From Myxococcota bacterium (GTDB lineage Bacteria > Myxococcota_A > UBA9042 > PHBI01 > JAWLBL01), in NCBI GenBank assembly GCA_041687695.1, contig JAWLBL010000003.1:296109-360108 (forward strand): 64,000 nt of DNA. The letters are read 5' to 3'. The notes under the pieces are model-generated. The model had not been told where the DNA came from. It saw only the letters and a program-made list of their open reading frames with translations, and made no database searches. The translations under genes were made by a program, and so were the position numbers. Shown here in pieces: positions 25,429 through 35,875 of this stretch; position 1 is the first letter of the stretch; the number at the start of each line of letters is the position of its first letter.

Positions 25429-26208
25429 ATGACCGTCGTGGACCTCACCGAGCGGCTCAACCTGGGGCGCGTGGCGGCCAACCGGCTGATGCGCTCCATC
25501 TCGCGCGTGCCCGACCCGCGGCAGTGGCCGCCGCTGGTGCGCGAGCTGTGCGAGACCTTCGACCCCGACGAGCTGGCCGAGGCGCTGTACGGGCTGGTGT
25601 TCGAGGCGGTGGCCGGCGACAGCCGCGCGGGGTGGCTGGCGACGGCGCAGCTGCTGTGCGGGGACGGGCTGCCCTACGCGACGGCGCAGGCGATCTATCG
25701 GGCGGCCGTCGAGCGCGAGCTGACGGTCGTCAGGATGATCCTGCTGGCGGGCGAGCAGGCGCACCGGACGGCCCACGAGCGCGAGTTCCGGCCGGACGAC
25801 CTGCTGGGCAGCCTGACCCTGGGCGAGCGCAAGGCGATGGCGCGGCGGCGGGACCCCGAGCTGCTGGACCGGCTGGTCGGCGACGGCGACCCGGCGGTCA
25901 TCGACATCCTGCTGGGCAACCCGCGGACGACCGAGGCGCAGGTGGTGCGGCTGGCGTCGCGGCGGCCGAACCGGGCCCGGGTCCTGGCGCAGGTCGGGCG
26001 TGCCCATGGCGGCAAGTGGCTGGCCCAGTCGGCGGTGCAGCGGGCGCTGGTCCTCAACCCCTACGCGCCGGTGAAGATGGCGGTGGCGCTGGCGCCGCTG
26101 TTGCCGCGGCAGGCCCTGCGCGAGGTGAAGACCGCCAGCGGGCTGAACCCGCTGGTGACCGGCCTCGCCGGCGAGCTGCTGGCGCTGGGCGAGCGGGCCG
26201 CCGGGTAG
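25429..26208 (+). CDS. Conserved hypothetical protein with helical (LRV/HEAT-like) repeats
   Basis: LTLGERKAMARR, DPAVIDILLGNPRTTE, VQRALVLNPYAP. Confidence 0.7.
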   Translation: MTVVDLTERLNLGRVAANRLMRSISRVPDPRQWPPLVRELCETFDPDELAEALYGLVFEAVAGDSRAGWLATAQLLCGDGLPYATAQAIYRAAVERELTVVRMILLAGEQAHRTAHEREFRPDDLLGSLTLGERKAMARRRDPELLDRLVGDGDPAVIDILLGNPRTTEAQVVRLASRRPNRARVLAQVGRAHGGKWLAQSAVQRALVLNPYAPVKMAVALAPLLPRQALREVKTASGLNPLVTGLAGELLALGERAAG

Positions 26209-26211
26209 CGC

Positions 26212-27894
26212 CTACTCGAAGCAGGCCGGGTCGGCGGCGTCGTGGAAGCGGACGATGAGGCCGTGGGTGGGCGAGAAGCTGGTGCCGTTGTCGCCGCCCA
26301 CGATGAGGCCCGAGTCGCAGGCGGTGTTGGGGCGCCAGTCGACCGAGTGGAGGTACTGGCTGCCCGAGTTGCCGAACCAGGGGGCCTTGTCGAAGGCGGG
26401 GATGGACTGGTCGACGAAGGCGCCCGTGTCCAGGTTGGGGAGCCAGCCGCCGCGGTACTCGACGACGCTGGCGTAGTCGACGATGGCCTTGCCGACGATG
26501 AGGGCGCGGGTGCCGTCGGGCTTCCAGCCGATGCCCTGGGGGCCCATGCCGGTGGGCAGCGGGAGCGTGGCCATGGTCCAGGCGCCGTCGAACACGTAGA
26601 CCTTGTTGGACGACCAGCCCGAGACGAAGCCGAACTGGCCGTCCGGGCGCCAGGCGGCGAAGCCGGCGTTGCCGAAGCCGGGGCTCCAGTTGTTGCCGAT
26701 GGGTTGCGTGGTGCCGACCAGCCAGGTCTTGGAGCCGGCGCCGTTGAGGCCTTCGGCGGTGACCACGCCGGGCGCGCCGTAGATGGCGGGATCGAGCCAC
26801 ATCAGATCGATGAGGCCTGCGTTGGCGACGCCCGCGACGACCGGGGCGAGGCCGGTGTCCGGGTGCCAGGGGTAGAGGTAGGTGATGTAGCCGGCGCCGG
26901 GCTTGGCCCAGGTGCCGATGATGGCCGCGCTGGTGCCGGGCTGGACGACGACGGTGACCGGGGTGCCGTTGGTCAGGGTCTCGCGCTCGGTGAAGACCAG
27001 GGCGCCCTCGAGGTCGAGGGCGGCGCTCCAGAGGCGGCCCTTGCCGTCCTTGTGGGTGCCGACGAGGAGGAAGAGGCCGTCGGGGGTGACGTCGAGGTCG
27101 GCGAGGGTGTGTCCGGCCAGGTCGGAGAGGAGGGCGACGGCGCCCGTGGCGGCCTCGTAGCGCAGGATCTGGCCGCCCTTGCCCAGGATGAGGGCGAAGT
27201 CGCCCGAGGGGTGCCAGCGGACGCGGTGGAGGTCGTCGAGGACGAGGAGCTGGTTGACCTTGGTGTACAGGAGGACGCCGGGGTCGTAGGGGTCGGGCTC
27301 GGGGCCGGTGTCGGGTTCGGTGGCCGTGTCGGGGACCGTGGCGGTGTCCGGTTCCGTGGCCGTGTCGGTGGCCGAGTCGGGGACCGTGGCGGTGTCCGTG
27401 GCCGTGTCGGGTTCGGTGGCCGTGTCGGGGACCGTGGCGGTGTCCGGTTCCGTGGCCGTATCGGGGGCCGAGGCCGTGTCGGGCTCGGCCACGGCGTCGG
27501 CCACGGCCACGGCGTCGGGCTCGGCCACGGCGTCGGCCATGGCCACCGAGTCGGGGACCGAGGACGAGTCGGGCTCGCGGGTGTCGGGTTCGGAGGGCAG
27601 GTCGGGGGTCTTGGTGGTGTCCTGAGGGCCCGGGTCGGGGGCGACGTCGGCGGGGACGTCGGTGGTCAGCGTGTCCTCGAAGGTCAGCGGGACGCAGCGG
27701 CCGCCGTGGCAAGGGGCGCCGGGCGGGCAGGCCTGCTCTTGCTCGAAGACGGCGGCGGGCGTGCAGACCATGACGCGGTCACCGTCGCAGACGCGGGCGC
27801 CGCGGGCGCAGGGGCCGTCGGTCGTGGCCGGGTCGTCGCCGCAGGCGAGCAGGGCGGCGGCCAGGGACAGGCTCAACAGGCTTCGGGCGGACAT
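26212..27894 (-). CDS. Lipoprotein with an acidic repeat linker and a C-terminal WD40-like beta-propeller
   Basis: Lipobox LLAC; (P)DTAT(E/V) repeats; blades WHPSG, WRPDG, WKPDG, WRPN. Confidence 0.8.
   Translation of the reverse strand: MSARSLLSLSLAAALLACGDDPATTDGPCARGARVCDGDRVMVCTPAAVFEQEQACPPGAPCHGGRCVPLTFEDTLTTDVPADVAPDPGPQDTTKTPDLPSEPDTREPDSSSVPDSVAMADAVAEPDAVAVADAVAEPDTASAPDTATEPDTATVPDTATEPDTATDTATVPDSATDTATEPDTATVPDTATEPDTGPEPDPYDPGVLLYTKVNQLLVLDDLHRVRWHPSGDFALILGKGGQILRYEAATGAVALLSDLAGHTLADLDVTPDGLFLLVGTHKDGKGRLWSAALDLEGALVFTERETLTNGTPVTVVVQPGTSAAIIGTWAKPGAGYITYLYPWHPDTGLAPVVAGVANAGLIDLMWLDPAIYGAPGVVTAEGLNGAGSKTWLVGTTQPIGNNWSPGFGNAGFAAWRPDGQFGFVSGWSSNKVYVFDGAWTMATLPLPTGMGPQGIGWKPDGTRALIVGKAIVDYASVVEYRGGWLPNLDTGAFVDQSIPAFDKAPWFGNSGSQYLHSVDWRPNTACDSGLIVGGDNGTSFSPTHGLIVRFHDAADPACFE
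27300..27560. repeat. Intragenic tandem repeat with 12/18-bp units encoding EPDTAT / VPDTAT / DAVA
   Basis: Recurrent GTGGCCGTGTCGGGGACC and GTGGCGGTGTCCGGTTCC units. Confidence 0.85.
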
Positions 27895-27936
27895 ACCGGA
27901 CCTCGCGGTGGGGCGAGGCCAGTCTTTATCACGCGG

Positions 27937-27957
27937 GCGTCAGGGCGTCGCGCGGAG
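27937..27957. repeat. Direct repeat copy 1 (copy of the phoU 3' end), distal boundary of the ATPase-HNH cassette
   Basis: GCGTCAGGGCGTCGCGC (27937-27953) identical to 30073-30089; 20/21 when extended by 4 bp. Confidence 0.85.
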
Positions 27958-27960
27958 TCC

Positions 27961-28770
27961 TCACCAGCGCAGCGCTTCGGGTACGCCAGCGAAGAGATCG
28001 AGGAGGCGTCGGTGCGATTCCCATTGGCGCTGCATCTCTCGAAAGACCGAAGGGTGCTGCTTGCCGAGGAGCCCCGTCCTCTTGGCGGCGAGGGCCTGCG
28101 GGGAGGCGCCGTTATCCCGTGCGTCCCGGTAGGCGACGAGAGCGTTGCAATAGTCCTCGAAGGCTTCGCGTCTCGCGCGAGGGAGAACGTCTCGGGTGTT
28201 CAGGCGTAGGACGTCGATCGTGTATTTCGCCCGAGCATGCTGGCGCGTTCCGGGCACCGCCAACGGAACGAAGCGGAACGTTCCCTGCAGATCGAGGATC
28301 ATGAACTCCATCGGGTCATCGCGTCTGGGATCGATCAGGACCTCGTCACCAGCGAGGGGAGGGACCACGGGGTCGTCGCGGCGCCGAGAGACCTCGACCG
28401 GGTCGACCCGGCCCTCGGGAAAGACGGCGAACTGGTTGCTCTTGGGACCGTTGCAGGGGCCGCAGGCGTAGAGATAGTTCGTCCACGCGAAGACGGCCTC
28501 TGGATACAGGTCCTTGGGCCGGATGTGTTCCACCTCGTCGGCCATGCTGTCTTCGCAGTAGCCGCAGCGACGGGCCCCGGCGCACATGCGATCGAGCGTG
28601 GCCTTCACGTCTCGAAAGGCCGCATTCCGCGAAGTGTTCTTGCTCTTGAACTCAGCTTTGGCCGAGGCCACGCGCGCCGGGTAGGCGCCGGCGGCATCGA
28701 CCGTGGTCTGGTATGCGCTCAGCGACTGCAGGGTCGTGGCGTTCGGCGAGAGATTGAGGAGGCGGATCAT
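27961..28770 (-). CDS. HNH endonuclease, PtuB/retron-effector-like
   Basis: RCGYCE..DEVEHIRPK..YPEAVFAWTNYLYACGPCNGPK; LIDPRRDDP; ATG overlaps the ATPase stop (ATGA). Confidence 0.88.
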   Translation of the reverse strand: MIRLLNLSPNATTLQSLSAYQTTVDAAGAYPARVASAKAEFKSKNTSRNAAFRDVKATLDRMCAGARRCGYCEDSMADEVEHIRPKDLYPEAVFAWTNYLYACGPCNGPKSNQFAVFPEGRVDPVEVSRRRDDPVVPPLAGDEVLIDPRRDDPMEFMILDLQGTFRFVPLAVPGTRQHARAKYTIDVLRLNTRDVLPRARREAFEDYCNALVAYRDARDNGASPQALAAKRTGLLGKQHPSVFREMQRQWESHRRLLDLFAGVPEALRW

Positions 28771-30038
28771 TCCTTGGCTGCGTCCGTCGGCAACATGCGC
28801 TTGAGCGCCTCGCGTCGCTCCTCCTCGTCGGGTCGGAGTGAGCTCGATAGCGCGCGGGCATTGAGCCCCGCCAGCTCGTCGAGGAGCTCGTTGGCTTGGT
28901 CGGAGCGCGTCACCCCAGGGCCGAAGACGCCCGTGCCGTAGGCGTCGAGGACGTTGCCATACAGGAGGCGCTGCAGCGCCAGGCCCGTCACCATCTCACC
29001 CTGGTCCTCGCTGGCGGACGCACCCGGCCGCGGGAGTCGGAACACCGTCCCGTGCTCGGCCGCGTGACACACGAGCGGGCTGTGGGTCGACACGATGAAC
29101 TGGACGTTGGGGAAGTGGCGGCGGAACCAGAAGCCGATGGTGCGCTGCCACGTCGGGTGCAAGTGGGCGTCGATCTCGTCGATGAGCACCACACCCGATC
29201 GGAGCACCCGCTCGGCATCGTCCGAGAACAGGCCGGTCGGTCCGAAGGTCAGGGCCATCTGTCGAATGAGTTCGAAGGTCATGCTCAAGATGGAGCGGTA
29301 GCCATCGGACAACGCCTCGACGGGGAGGGGGATCCCATCGGCGTCTTCGAACTCGACCCCCTTGGACGAGATCTCGACCAGCTTCACGCCATGGGGGAGA
29401 AACTCTGGCTGGTTGATGAAAGCTCGGAATGGCTCCAGCAGGTCACCGATCGGATCGTTCTCTAGGGCCTTGAACTTGAGCTCCTTGAGCCAGGCCAGCG
29501 CCTCGGTCAAGGCGACCGACTCGCCGAACACGGACAGGTGACGGGCCAACTTCGGCTGGCTGTAGAACAGCTTCTCGAAGTCCTTGTCGCCACCGGTGAA
29601 GCGCCGAAAGGGTCCGTACGACGCGCAGAACCAGCCGCTGCCATTGCCCCAGACGTGGCGGTCGGGGCTGCCGATGTCCGCGGAGGCGGCGAGCTGGACG
29701 CCGCCCTGGCGCTCGAAGGTGACACCCGTCTGCAGCGCCGAGGCGCGGGGTGTCGTGCCTGAACCGCTGAAGCCGTCATCGGTCTCGGTGCGCTGGAGCC
29801 CGACGCGAATCTCCCCCCGTTCCGTGCCGGCCCGCAGCCACTCCGCCCAGCTCTGACGAAGCCCCAGCGCGTCGCGCGGACCGATGAGGGCCAGGGCGAT
29901 GCTCCTGAGGAAGGTGCTCTTGCCGGCTCCGTTGTCCCCGAGGATGACGTGCCAGCCCGGGCCTGCATCGGCTCCCGGCGTCCAGGTCAGCTCGGGGATC
30001 GAGCGTACGTTCCGAAGCGTGGCACGTGTCAGGAACAT
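28767..30038 (-). CDS. ABC/AAA ATPase, PtuA-like (Septu-type defence)
   Basis: Walker A GDNGAGKST, signature LSDGYRS, Walker B/D-loop LIDEIDAHLHPTWQ, FPNVQFIVSTHSP. Confidence 0.9.
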   Translation of the reverse strand: MFLTRATLRNVRSIPELTWTPGADAGPGWHVILGDNGAGKSTFLRSIALALIGPRDALGLRQSWAEWLRAGTERGEIRVGLQRTETDDGFSGSGTTPRASALQTGVTFERQGGVQLAASADIGSPDRHVWGNGSGWFCASYGPFRRFTGGDKDFEKLFYSQPKLARHLSVFGESVALTEALAWLKELKFKALENDPIGDLLEPFRAFINQPEFLPHGVKLVEISSKGVEFEDADGIPLPVEALSDGYRSILSMTFELIRQMALTFGPTGLFSDDAERVLRSGVVLIDEIDAHLHPTWQRTIGFWFRRHFPNVQFIVSTHSPLVCHAAEHGTVFRLPRPGASASEDQGEMVTGLALQRLLYGNVLDAYGTGVFGPGVTRSDQANELLDELAGLNARALSSSLRPDEEERREALKRMLPTDAAKE

Positions 30039-30072
30039 GGGAGCGTCTCGGGGCTGAGGTGCGTCAGGTGAA

Positions 30073-30093
30073 GCGTCAGGGCGTCGCGCTGAG
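30073..30093. repeat. Direct repeat copy 2, containing the phoU stop codon
   Basis: GCGTCAGGGCGTCGCGCTGAG; TCA at 30076-30078 is the phoU TGA. Confidence 0.85.
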
Positions 30094-30762
30094 CTTGCCG
30101 ACGTGGCGGATGTCCTTGCCCTGGACCATGTAGACGACCTGCTCGGCCAGGTTGGTCGCGTGGTCGCCGATGCGCTCGAGGAACTTGGCGACCGACTGGA
30201 TGTGGATGGCGCGCTCGATGGCCGTGGGGTCGCGCAGCATCAGGGCGAGGAGATCGCGGAAGACGACGCGGTACAGCTCGTCGACCGGGTCGTCGCGCTC
30301 GATGACCTGGCGGGCCTTGACGGGGTCGGAGGCCACGAAGGCGTCGATGGCGTCGCGCACCATGGACTGCGCCAGCTCGGCCATCCGGGGGATGTCCTCG
30401 TAGGGCTTGAGCTGCGGCTCGGCGTTCAGGTCGACGGCGCGCTCGCAGATGTTCACGGCGAGGTCGCCGATGCGCTCGAGGTCCGTCACCATCTTCAGGG
30501 CGAGCGTGATGAAGCGGAGGTCCGAGCCCATCGGCTGGCGCTTGGCGAGGATGAGCAGGCACAGCTCGTCGGTCTCGACCTCGCTGGTGTTGACCTCGCG
30601 GTCGGCCTGGATGGTGGCCCGGGCGAGCTCGCTGTCGCGCTCGACCAGCGCCCGCACGGCGTTGCGGATCATCTCCTCGACGCGGGCGGCCATCATCAGG
30701 ATGCGCTCGCGCAGGAGGTGGAGCTCGCTCTCGAACTCGCGATCGGTGTGTCGTTTCGTCAT
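30076..30762 (-). CDS. phoU: Phosphate signalling protein PhoU
   Basis: QPMGSDLR, DLERIGDLAVNI, KFLERIGDHATNLAEQV. Confidence 0.97.
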   Translation of the reverse strand: MTKRHTDREFESELHLLRERILMMAARVEEMIRNAVRALVERDSELARATIQADREVNTSEVETDELCLLILAKRQPMGSDLRFITLALKMVTDLERIGDLAVNICERAVDLNAEPQLKPYEDIPRMAELAQSMVRDAIDAFVASDPVKARQVIERDDPVDELYRVVFRDLLALMLRDPTAIERAIHIQSVAKFLERIGDHATNLAEQVVYMVQGKDIRHVGKLSATP

Positions 30763-30783
30763 GCGCCCCTCGTGGCACCGAAT

Positions 30784-30801
30784 GTTACCGCGAGATGAAG
30801 C
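30784..30801 (-). promoter_or_regulatory. Weak PHO-box-like site upstream of phoU
   Basis: Minus strand GCTTCAT-CTCG-CGGTAAC, 11-bp periodicity, degenerate. Confidence 0.35.
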
Positions 30802-30853
30802 CGTGGTCTCGATTTCGAGCGCCCGGAGGCGCGCCGTGCGGCCGGAGCGCGCG

Positions 30854-31633
30854 TCACCCGAACTTGCCGGTGATGTACTCCTCGGTGCGCGAGTCGCTCG
30901 GGCCCGTGAAGATCTGGTCGGTCGTGCCGTACTCGATGAGGTCGCCCATCAGGAAGAAGGCCGTCCGGTCCGACACACGCGCCGCCTGCTGCATCGAGTG
31001 GGTCACGATGACGATGGTGACCTGCTCGCGCAGGACGTGGATGAGGTCCTCGATGCGCGCGGTGGCGATGGGGTCGAGGGCCGAGCAGGGCTCGTCCATC
31101 AGCAGCACCTGCGGCTCGACCGCCAGCGAGCGCGCGATGCACAAGCGTTGCTGCTGGCCGCCCGACAGGCTGCCGCCCGGCGCGTCGAGGCGGTCCTTCA
31201 CCTCGTCCCACAGGGCCGCGCGGGTCAGCGCCCGCTCGCACACGTCGGCGGACGTCGCCTTGTCGAGGGTGCGCGTGAGCTTGAGCCCGCTGAGGACGTT
31301 GTCGCGGATGGACATGGTCGGGAAGGGGTTCGGCTTCTGGAAGACCATGCCCACGCGGCGGCGCAGCAGCACCGGGTCGACGTGCTTGCCGTAGATGTCC
31401 TCGCCGTCGAGGGTCACGCGGCCGGTGACGCGCGCCGTCGCGATGAGCTCGTGCATGCGGTTGAGCGTGCGGATGAACGTCGACTTGCCGCAGCCCGAGG
31501 GGCCGATGATGGCGGTGACGCGGCGAGCGGGGATGTCGAGGGAGATGCCCTTCAAGACCTGGTGGGTCCCGAACCAGGCCTGAAGATCGGTGACGCTGAT
31601 CTTGCTGACGGTCGGCGTGTCGCGGTGGGGCAA
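30854..31633 (-). CDS. pstB: Phosphate ABC transporter ATPase
   Basis: TTG start with [53 protein letters not shown]. Confidence 0.97.
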   Translation of the reverse strand: MPHRDTPTVSKISVTDLQAWFGTHQVLKGISLDIPARRVTAIIGPSGCGKSTFIRTLNRMHELIATARVTGRVTLDGEDIYGKHVDPVLLRRRVGMVFQKPNPFPTMSIRDNVLSGLKLTRTLDKATSADVCERALTRAALWDEVKDRLDAPGGSLSGGQQQRLCIARSLAVEPQVLLMDEPCSALDPIATARIEDLIHVLREQVTIVIVTHSMQQAARVSDRTAFFLMGDLIEYGTTDQIFTGPSDSRTEEYITGKFG

Positions 31634-31644
31634 CGCGGGGCCTC

Positions 31645-32505
31645 CTAGACGTGGATGCGGCGCTGCAGCCGGTTTCGAAGGAAGACCGCGAGGCCGTTGA
31701 GGATGAGCAACGTCGTGAGCAGGACGACGATGCCCGCGGCGGCGGCGGTGGTGAAGCCGGCCTGGGGGCGCGAGACCCAGTTGAAGATCTGGATGGGCAG
31801 CGCGGTGAAGGGCTCGAGCGGGCCCTCGGGGAGGAAGGCCATGTAGGTGAGGGCGCCGATGACGATGAGCGGGGCCGTCTCGCCGATGGCGCGGGAGATG
31901 GCGAGGATGGAGCCGGTCATGATGCCCGGGGCGGCCATCGGCAGCACGACGTGGCGGATGGTCTGCCAGCGGGTGGCGCCCAGGGCGTAGCTGCCCTCGC
32001 GCAGGAGCCCCGGGACCGTGCGCAGGGCCTCGCGGGTGGCGGTGATGATGACCGGCAGGATGAGCAGGGCCAGGGTCAGCGCGCCGGCGAGCAGGCTGCG
32101 GCCGAGGCCGAGGGTGCGGACGAAGACGGCGAGGCCGAGCAGGCCGTAGATGATGGACGGGACGCCGGCGAGGTTGGCGATGTTGAGCTCGACGAGGCGG
32201 CTGAAGCGGCCGCGGCCGCCGTACTCCTCGAGGTAGACGGCGGCGCCGACGCCGAGGGGGACGGCGAACAGGGCGGTGAGGCCGATGAGGTAGACGCTGC
32301 CGACCAGGGCCGGGAAGACGCCGGCGGACGAGGCGCGGCGCGACGGGAAGCTGGTCAGGAAGTCGGGCCCGAGGCGCGGCAGGGCGTCGATGACGACGTC
32401 CGCGACCAGCCAGACCAGGGTGGCGAGCGGGAGCAGGATGGCGGCGAGGCACAGGCCGACGAACAGGCGCTCGGCGCGGCGCTCCCAGCGGCGGGTGGCT
32501 TGCAT
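31645..32505 (-). CDS. pstA: Phosphate ABC transporter permease
   Basis: [39 protein letters not shown]. Confidence 0.96.
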   Translation of the reverse strand: MQATRRWERRAERLFVGLCLAAILLPLATLVWLVADVVIDALPRLGPDFLTSFPSRRASSAGVFPALVGSVYLIGLTALFAVPLGVGAAVYLEEYGGRGRFSRLVELNIANLAGVPSIIYGLLGLAVFVRTLGLGRSLLAGALTLALLILPVIITATREALRTVPGLLREGSYALGATRWQTIRHVVLPMAAPGIMTGSILAISRAIGETAPLIVIGALTYMAFLPEGPLEPFTALPIQIFNWVSRPQAGFTTAAAAGIVVLLTTLLILNGLAVFLRNRLQRRIHV

Positions 32506-32507
32506 GG

Positions 32508-33470
32508 TCAGGCCTCGCGGCGCCGCCCGATGAGGCGGATGCTGATGGCGTTGAGGGCCAGGGTCATGACGAACAGGGCGGCGGCGACCGCGAAGATGGT
32601 GCGGTACTCGAGGGTGCCGGCGGGGGTGTCGCCCATGGAGACCTGGACGATGTAGGCGGTCATGGTCTCGATGGGGACGCGCGGGTCGAGGGTGAGGTTG
32701 GGCTGCTGGCCGGCGGCGATGGCGACGATCATCGTCTCGCCGATGGCGCGGCCGATGGCGAGGGTGAGCGCCGCGGTGATGCCGGAGCGGGCGGCCGGGA
32801 CGACGACGCGGAAGATGGTCGGCAGGCGGCCGGCGCCCAGGGCGTAGGCGCCCTCGCGCAGGCTCTGCGGGACGGCGTAGAGGGCGTCCTCGCTGAGGCT
32901 GGAGATCATGGGGATGATCATGATGCCCATGACGATGCCCGGGCTGAGGGCGTTGAAGCTGGCGAGATCCGGGACGACGGTCTGCAGCATGGGCGTGACG
33001 ACGATCAGGGCGAAGTAGCCGTAGACGACGGTCGGGATGCCCGCCAGGACCTCGAGCATGGGCTTCAAGACGCGGCGGACGCGCGCCGGGGCGAACTCGC
33101 TCATGTAGATGGCGGCGAGCAGGCCGAAGGGCAGGGCGACGGCGATGGCGATGGCGCTGGTGAGCAGGGTGGCGCCCAGCAGCGGCCAGATGCCGAAGTG
33201 CTTGTCGGCGAAGAGCGGCGTCCACTGGGTGTCGCCCAGGAAGTCGGTCAGCGGCACCTCGTCGAAGAAGCGCCAGGTCTCGACGGCGAGGACGCCGAGG
33301 ATGCCGGCCGTGGTCAGCAGCGTCAGGGCGCCGCTGCCGGCCAGGGCCCACTCGATGACGCGCTCGCGCAGCGGAGCCGAGCGCGCGGGGCGCGGCGCCG
33401 GGGTGGGGGCGGCGTCGTCGTCGGGGGCGGCGGCCACGTGGGGGAGCTCCTCCGAGGCGTGGATGTCCAT
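32508..33470 (-). CDS. pstC: Phosphate ABC transporter permease
   Basis: [32 protein letters not shown]. Confidence 0.96.
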   Translation of the reverse strand: MDIHASEELPHVAAAPDDDAAPTPAPRPARSAPLRERVIEWALAGSGALTLLTTAGILGVLAVETWRFFDEVPLTDFLGDTQWTPLFADKHFGIWPLLGATLLTSAIAIAVALPFGLLAAIYMSEFAPARVRRVLKPMLEVLAGIPTVVYGYFALIVVTPMLQTVVPDLASFNALSPGIVMGIMIIPMISSLSEDALYAVPQSLREGAYALGAGRLPTIFRVVVPAARSGITAALTLAIGRAIGETMIVAIAAGQQPNLTLDPRVPIETMTAYIVQVSMGDTPAGTLEYRTIFAVAAALFVMTLALNAISIRLIGRRREA

Positions 33471-33485
33471 GGTTGAGATCGCCTG

Positions 33486-34487
<1,002 letters not shown>

Positions 34488-34531
34488 GTGAGCCTCTGTG
34501 GAAGGCCCCCGAGGGGGCGAGCGTCGCGCGG

Positions 34532-34565
34532 ACCCTAGGTCCGTCGTGTGACGCGAAGGTGACAG
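34532..34565 (-). promoter_or_regulatory. PHO box and -10 element upstream of pstS
   Basis: Minus strand CTGTCAC-CTTC-GCGTCAC (34548-34565), then 10 nt, then TAGGGT. Confidence 0.75.
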
Positions 34566-34604
34566 CCAAGCCACATCACCGGGGCGGCCGGCAGGAAGGA
34601 CACG

Positions 34605-35771
34605 TCAGAAGGACACTTGGAGCTGGCTGCGCACGATGAAGTCGGTGCGATCGGTGACGGCGTCGCCGTCGAGGTCGTGGTAGGCCGCGAGCCCGCCGTC
34701 GGTCTGCAGCTTCAGCGCGTGCTCGCGCCAGTACACGCTCATCCCGACCACGGCCTCGTGGTCCCAGTCCTCGCCGTCCTGGCGCTCGACGTAGGCGTAG
34801 CGCACGGCCGGCTGGTAGCGGTCGGCGAAGACGTAACCCGCCTGCGCGTGGAACCCCCAGGCGTCCAGGGCCCGCTGACCGAACTCCTCGCCCTCCTGGC
34901 GGCTGGTCACGTACAGGCCGCCCGTGGTCGAAAAGCCCGACGCCTTGAGGATCCAGTCGAGCTGGCCCGAGACGGCGCCGCGGTCGTCGTCGTCCGCGTC
35001 GAGCATCGCGAGGCCGCTGACCGCGACGGCGTAGCGCAGCGGCCCGCCCTCGAGGTCGGCCTCGGAGTAGCCCTTGATGCCGCCGTGGTTGAAGCCCAGG
35101 CGCGCGACCAGGGCCGGCTCCATCAGGCGCGGTGTGTTCGAGAACGACGGCTTGACGATCTCGCCCGTGCCCTCGTCGGGGTCGACGACGACGTCCGCGG
35201 TCAGGCGAGCGCCGTCGGGCTTCATGCCGTTGAAGACGCCGAACGCCCACTCGAAGGTGGGCGAGCGCTCGTAGCCGTTGTGGAGCATCAGGCCGATGTC
35301 GCGGCCGGTCGGGAAGAGCTTGTCGGTGATGGAGCGCTCGACCAGGGCCAGGCGCGAGCTGGAGATGATCTGCTGGCGCGAGAAGGGGCGCTTGTACTGG
35401 CCGACGCGGAGCCGGACGTCCGGCTCGAAGGCGTACTCGACGAAGCCGTCCTTGAGCGTGAAGAAGCCGCGGGCGACGTCGAGCTCGAACTCGTAGGTGA
35501 GGTCCTTGCCGAAGGCGTTGCCCGCTAGCGTCAGGCGACCGCGGGTCAGGGAGAACTGCGAGGCGGTCGAGGTCTCGTCGCCGCCCTCGTCCTCGATGCC
35601 GAGGGTCCAGCGCAGTTCGAAGCGCGGCTGGATGCGGAGGGAGAAGTCGCCGGCCGCGTCGCGGATGAAGAAGCCGCGATCGTAGCCGGCGGTCTGGGCG
35701 GCGGCGGGGGCGGCGGACAGGGGCAGCGTGAGCAGGGCCGCGGCGAGGGGGAGGAGTGTGAGCGCGCGCAT
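34605..35771 (-). CDS. Phosphate-selective porin (OprO/OprP family)
   Basis: Signal peptide; RVGQYKRPFSR, GRDIG; C-terminal beta-signal QLQVSF; Pho-locus context. Confidence 0.88.
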   Translation of the reverse strand: MRALTLLPLAAALLTLPLSAAPAAAQTAGYDRGFFIRDAAGDFSLRIQPRFELRWTLGIEDEGGDETSTASQFSLTRGRLTLAGNAFGKDLTYEFELDVARGFFTLKDGFVEYAFEPDVRLRVGQYKRPFSRQQIISSSRLALVERSITDKLFPTGRDIGLMLHNGYERSPTFEWAFGVFNGMKPDGARLTADVVVDPDEGTGEIVKPSFSNTPRLMEPALVARLGFNHGGIKGYSEADLEGGPLRYAVAVSGLAMLDADDDDRGAVSGQLDWILKASGFSTTGGLYVTSRQEGEEFGQRALDAWGFHAQAGYVFADRYQPAVRYAYVERQDGEDWDHEAVVGMSVYWREHALKLQTDGGLAAYHDLDGDAVTDRTDFIVRSQLQVSF

Positions 35772-35830
35772 GGGCCTCGTCCTGGGAGGGGGGGGACGCG
35801 CGGGGGGCGCGTCGTCCGGTGACGAGCGGC

Positions 35831-35864
35831 GTTGTAGGCGGGCTTTGTGACGGGGCGGTGACGC
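35831..35864 (-). promoter_or_regulatory. PHO box and -10 element upstream of the porin
   Basis: Minus strand GCGTCAC-CGCC-CCGTCAC (35847-35864), then 10 nt, then TACAAC. Confidence 0.7.
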
Positions 35865-35875
35865 CGGTGAAGCGG

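Noticed and set aside
27961..30038. Retron (type I-A) system
   Set aside because: No reverse transcriptase gene and no room for an msr-msd ncRNA inside the repeat-bounded cassette; only the ATPase+HNH pair is present.
27937..30093. Integron cassette or IS/transposon
   Set aside because: No attC-like inverted structure, terminal inverted repeats, transposase or integrase seen; only direct repeats.
35783..35808. G-rich run upstream of the porin as a G-quadruplex or phase-variable tract
   Set aside because: Short G runs are common at this GC content; no supporting evidence.
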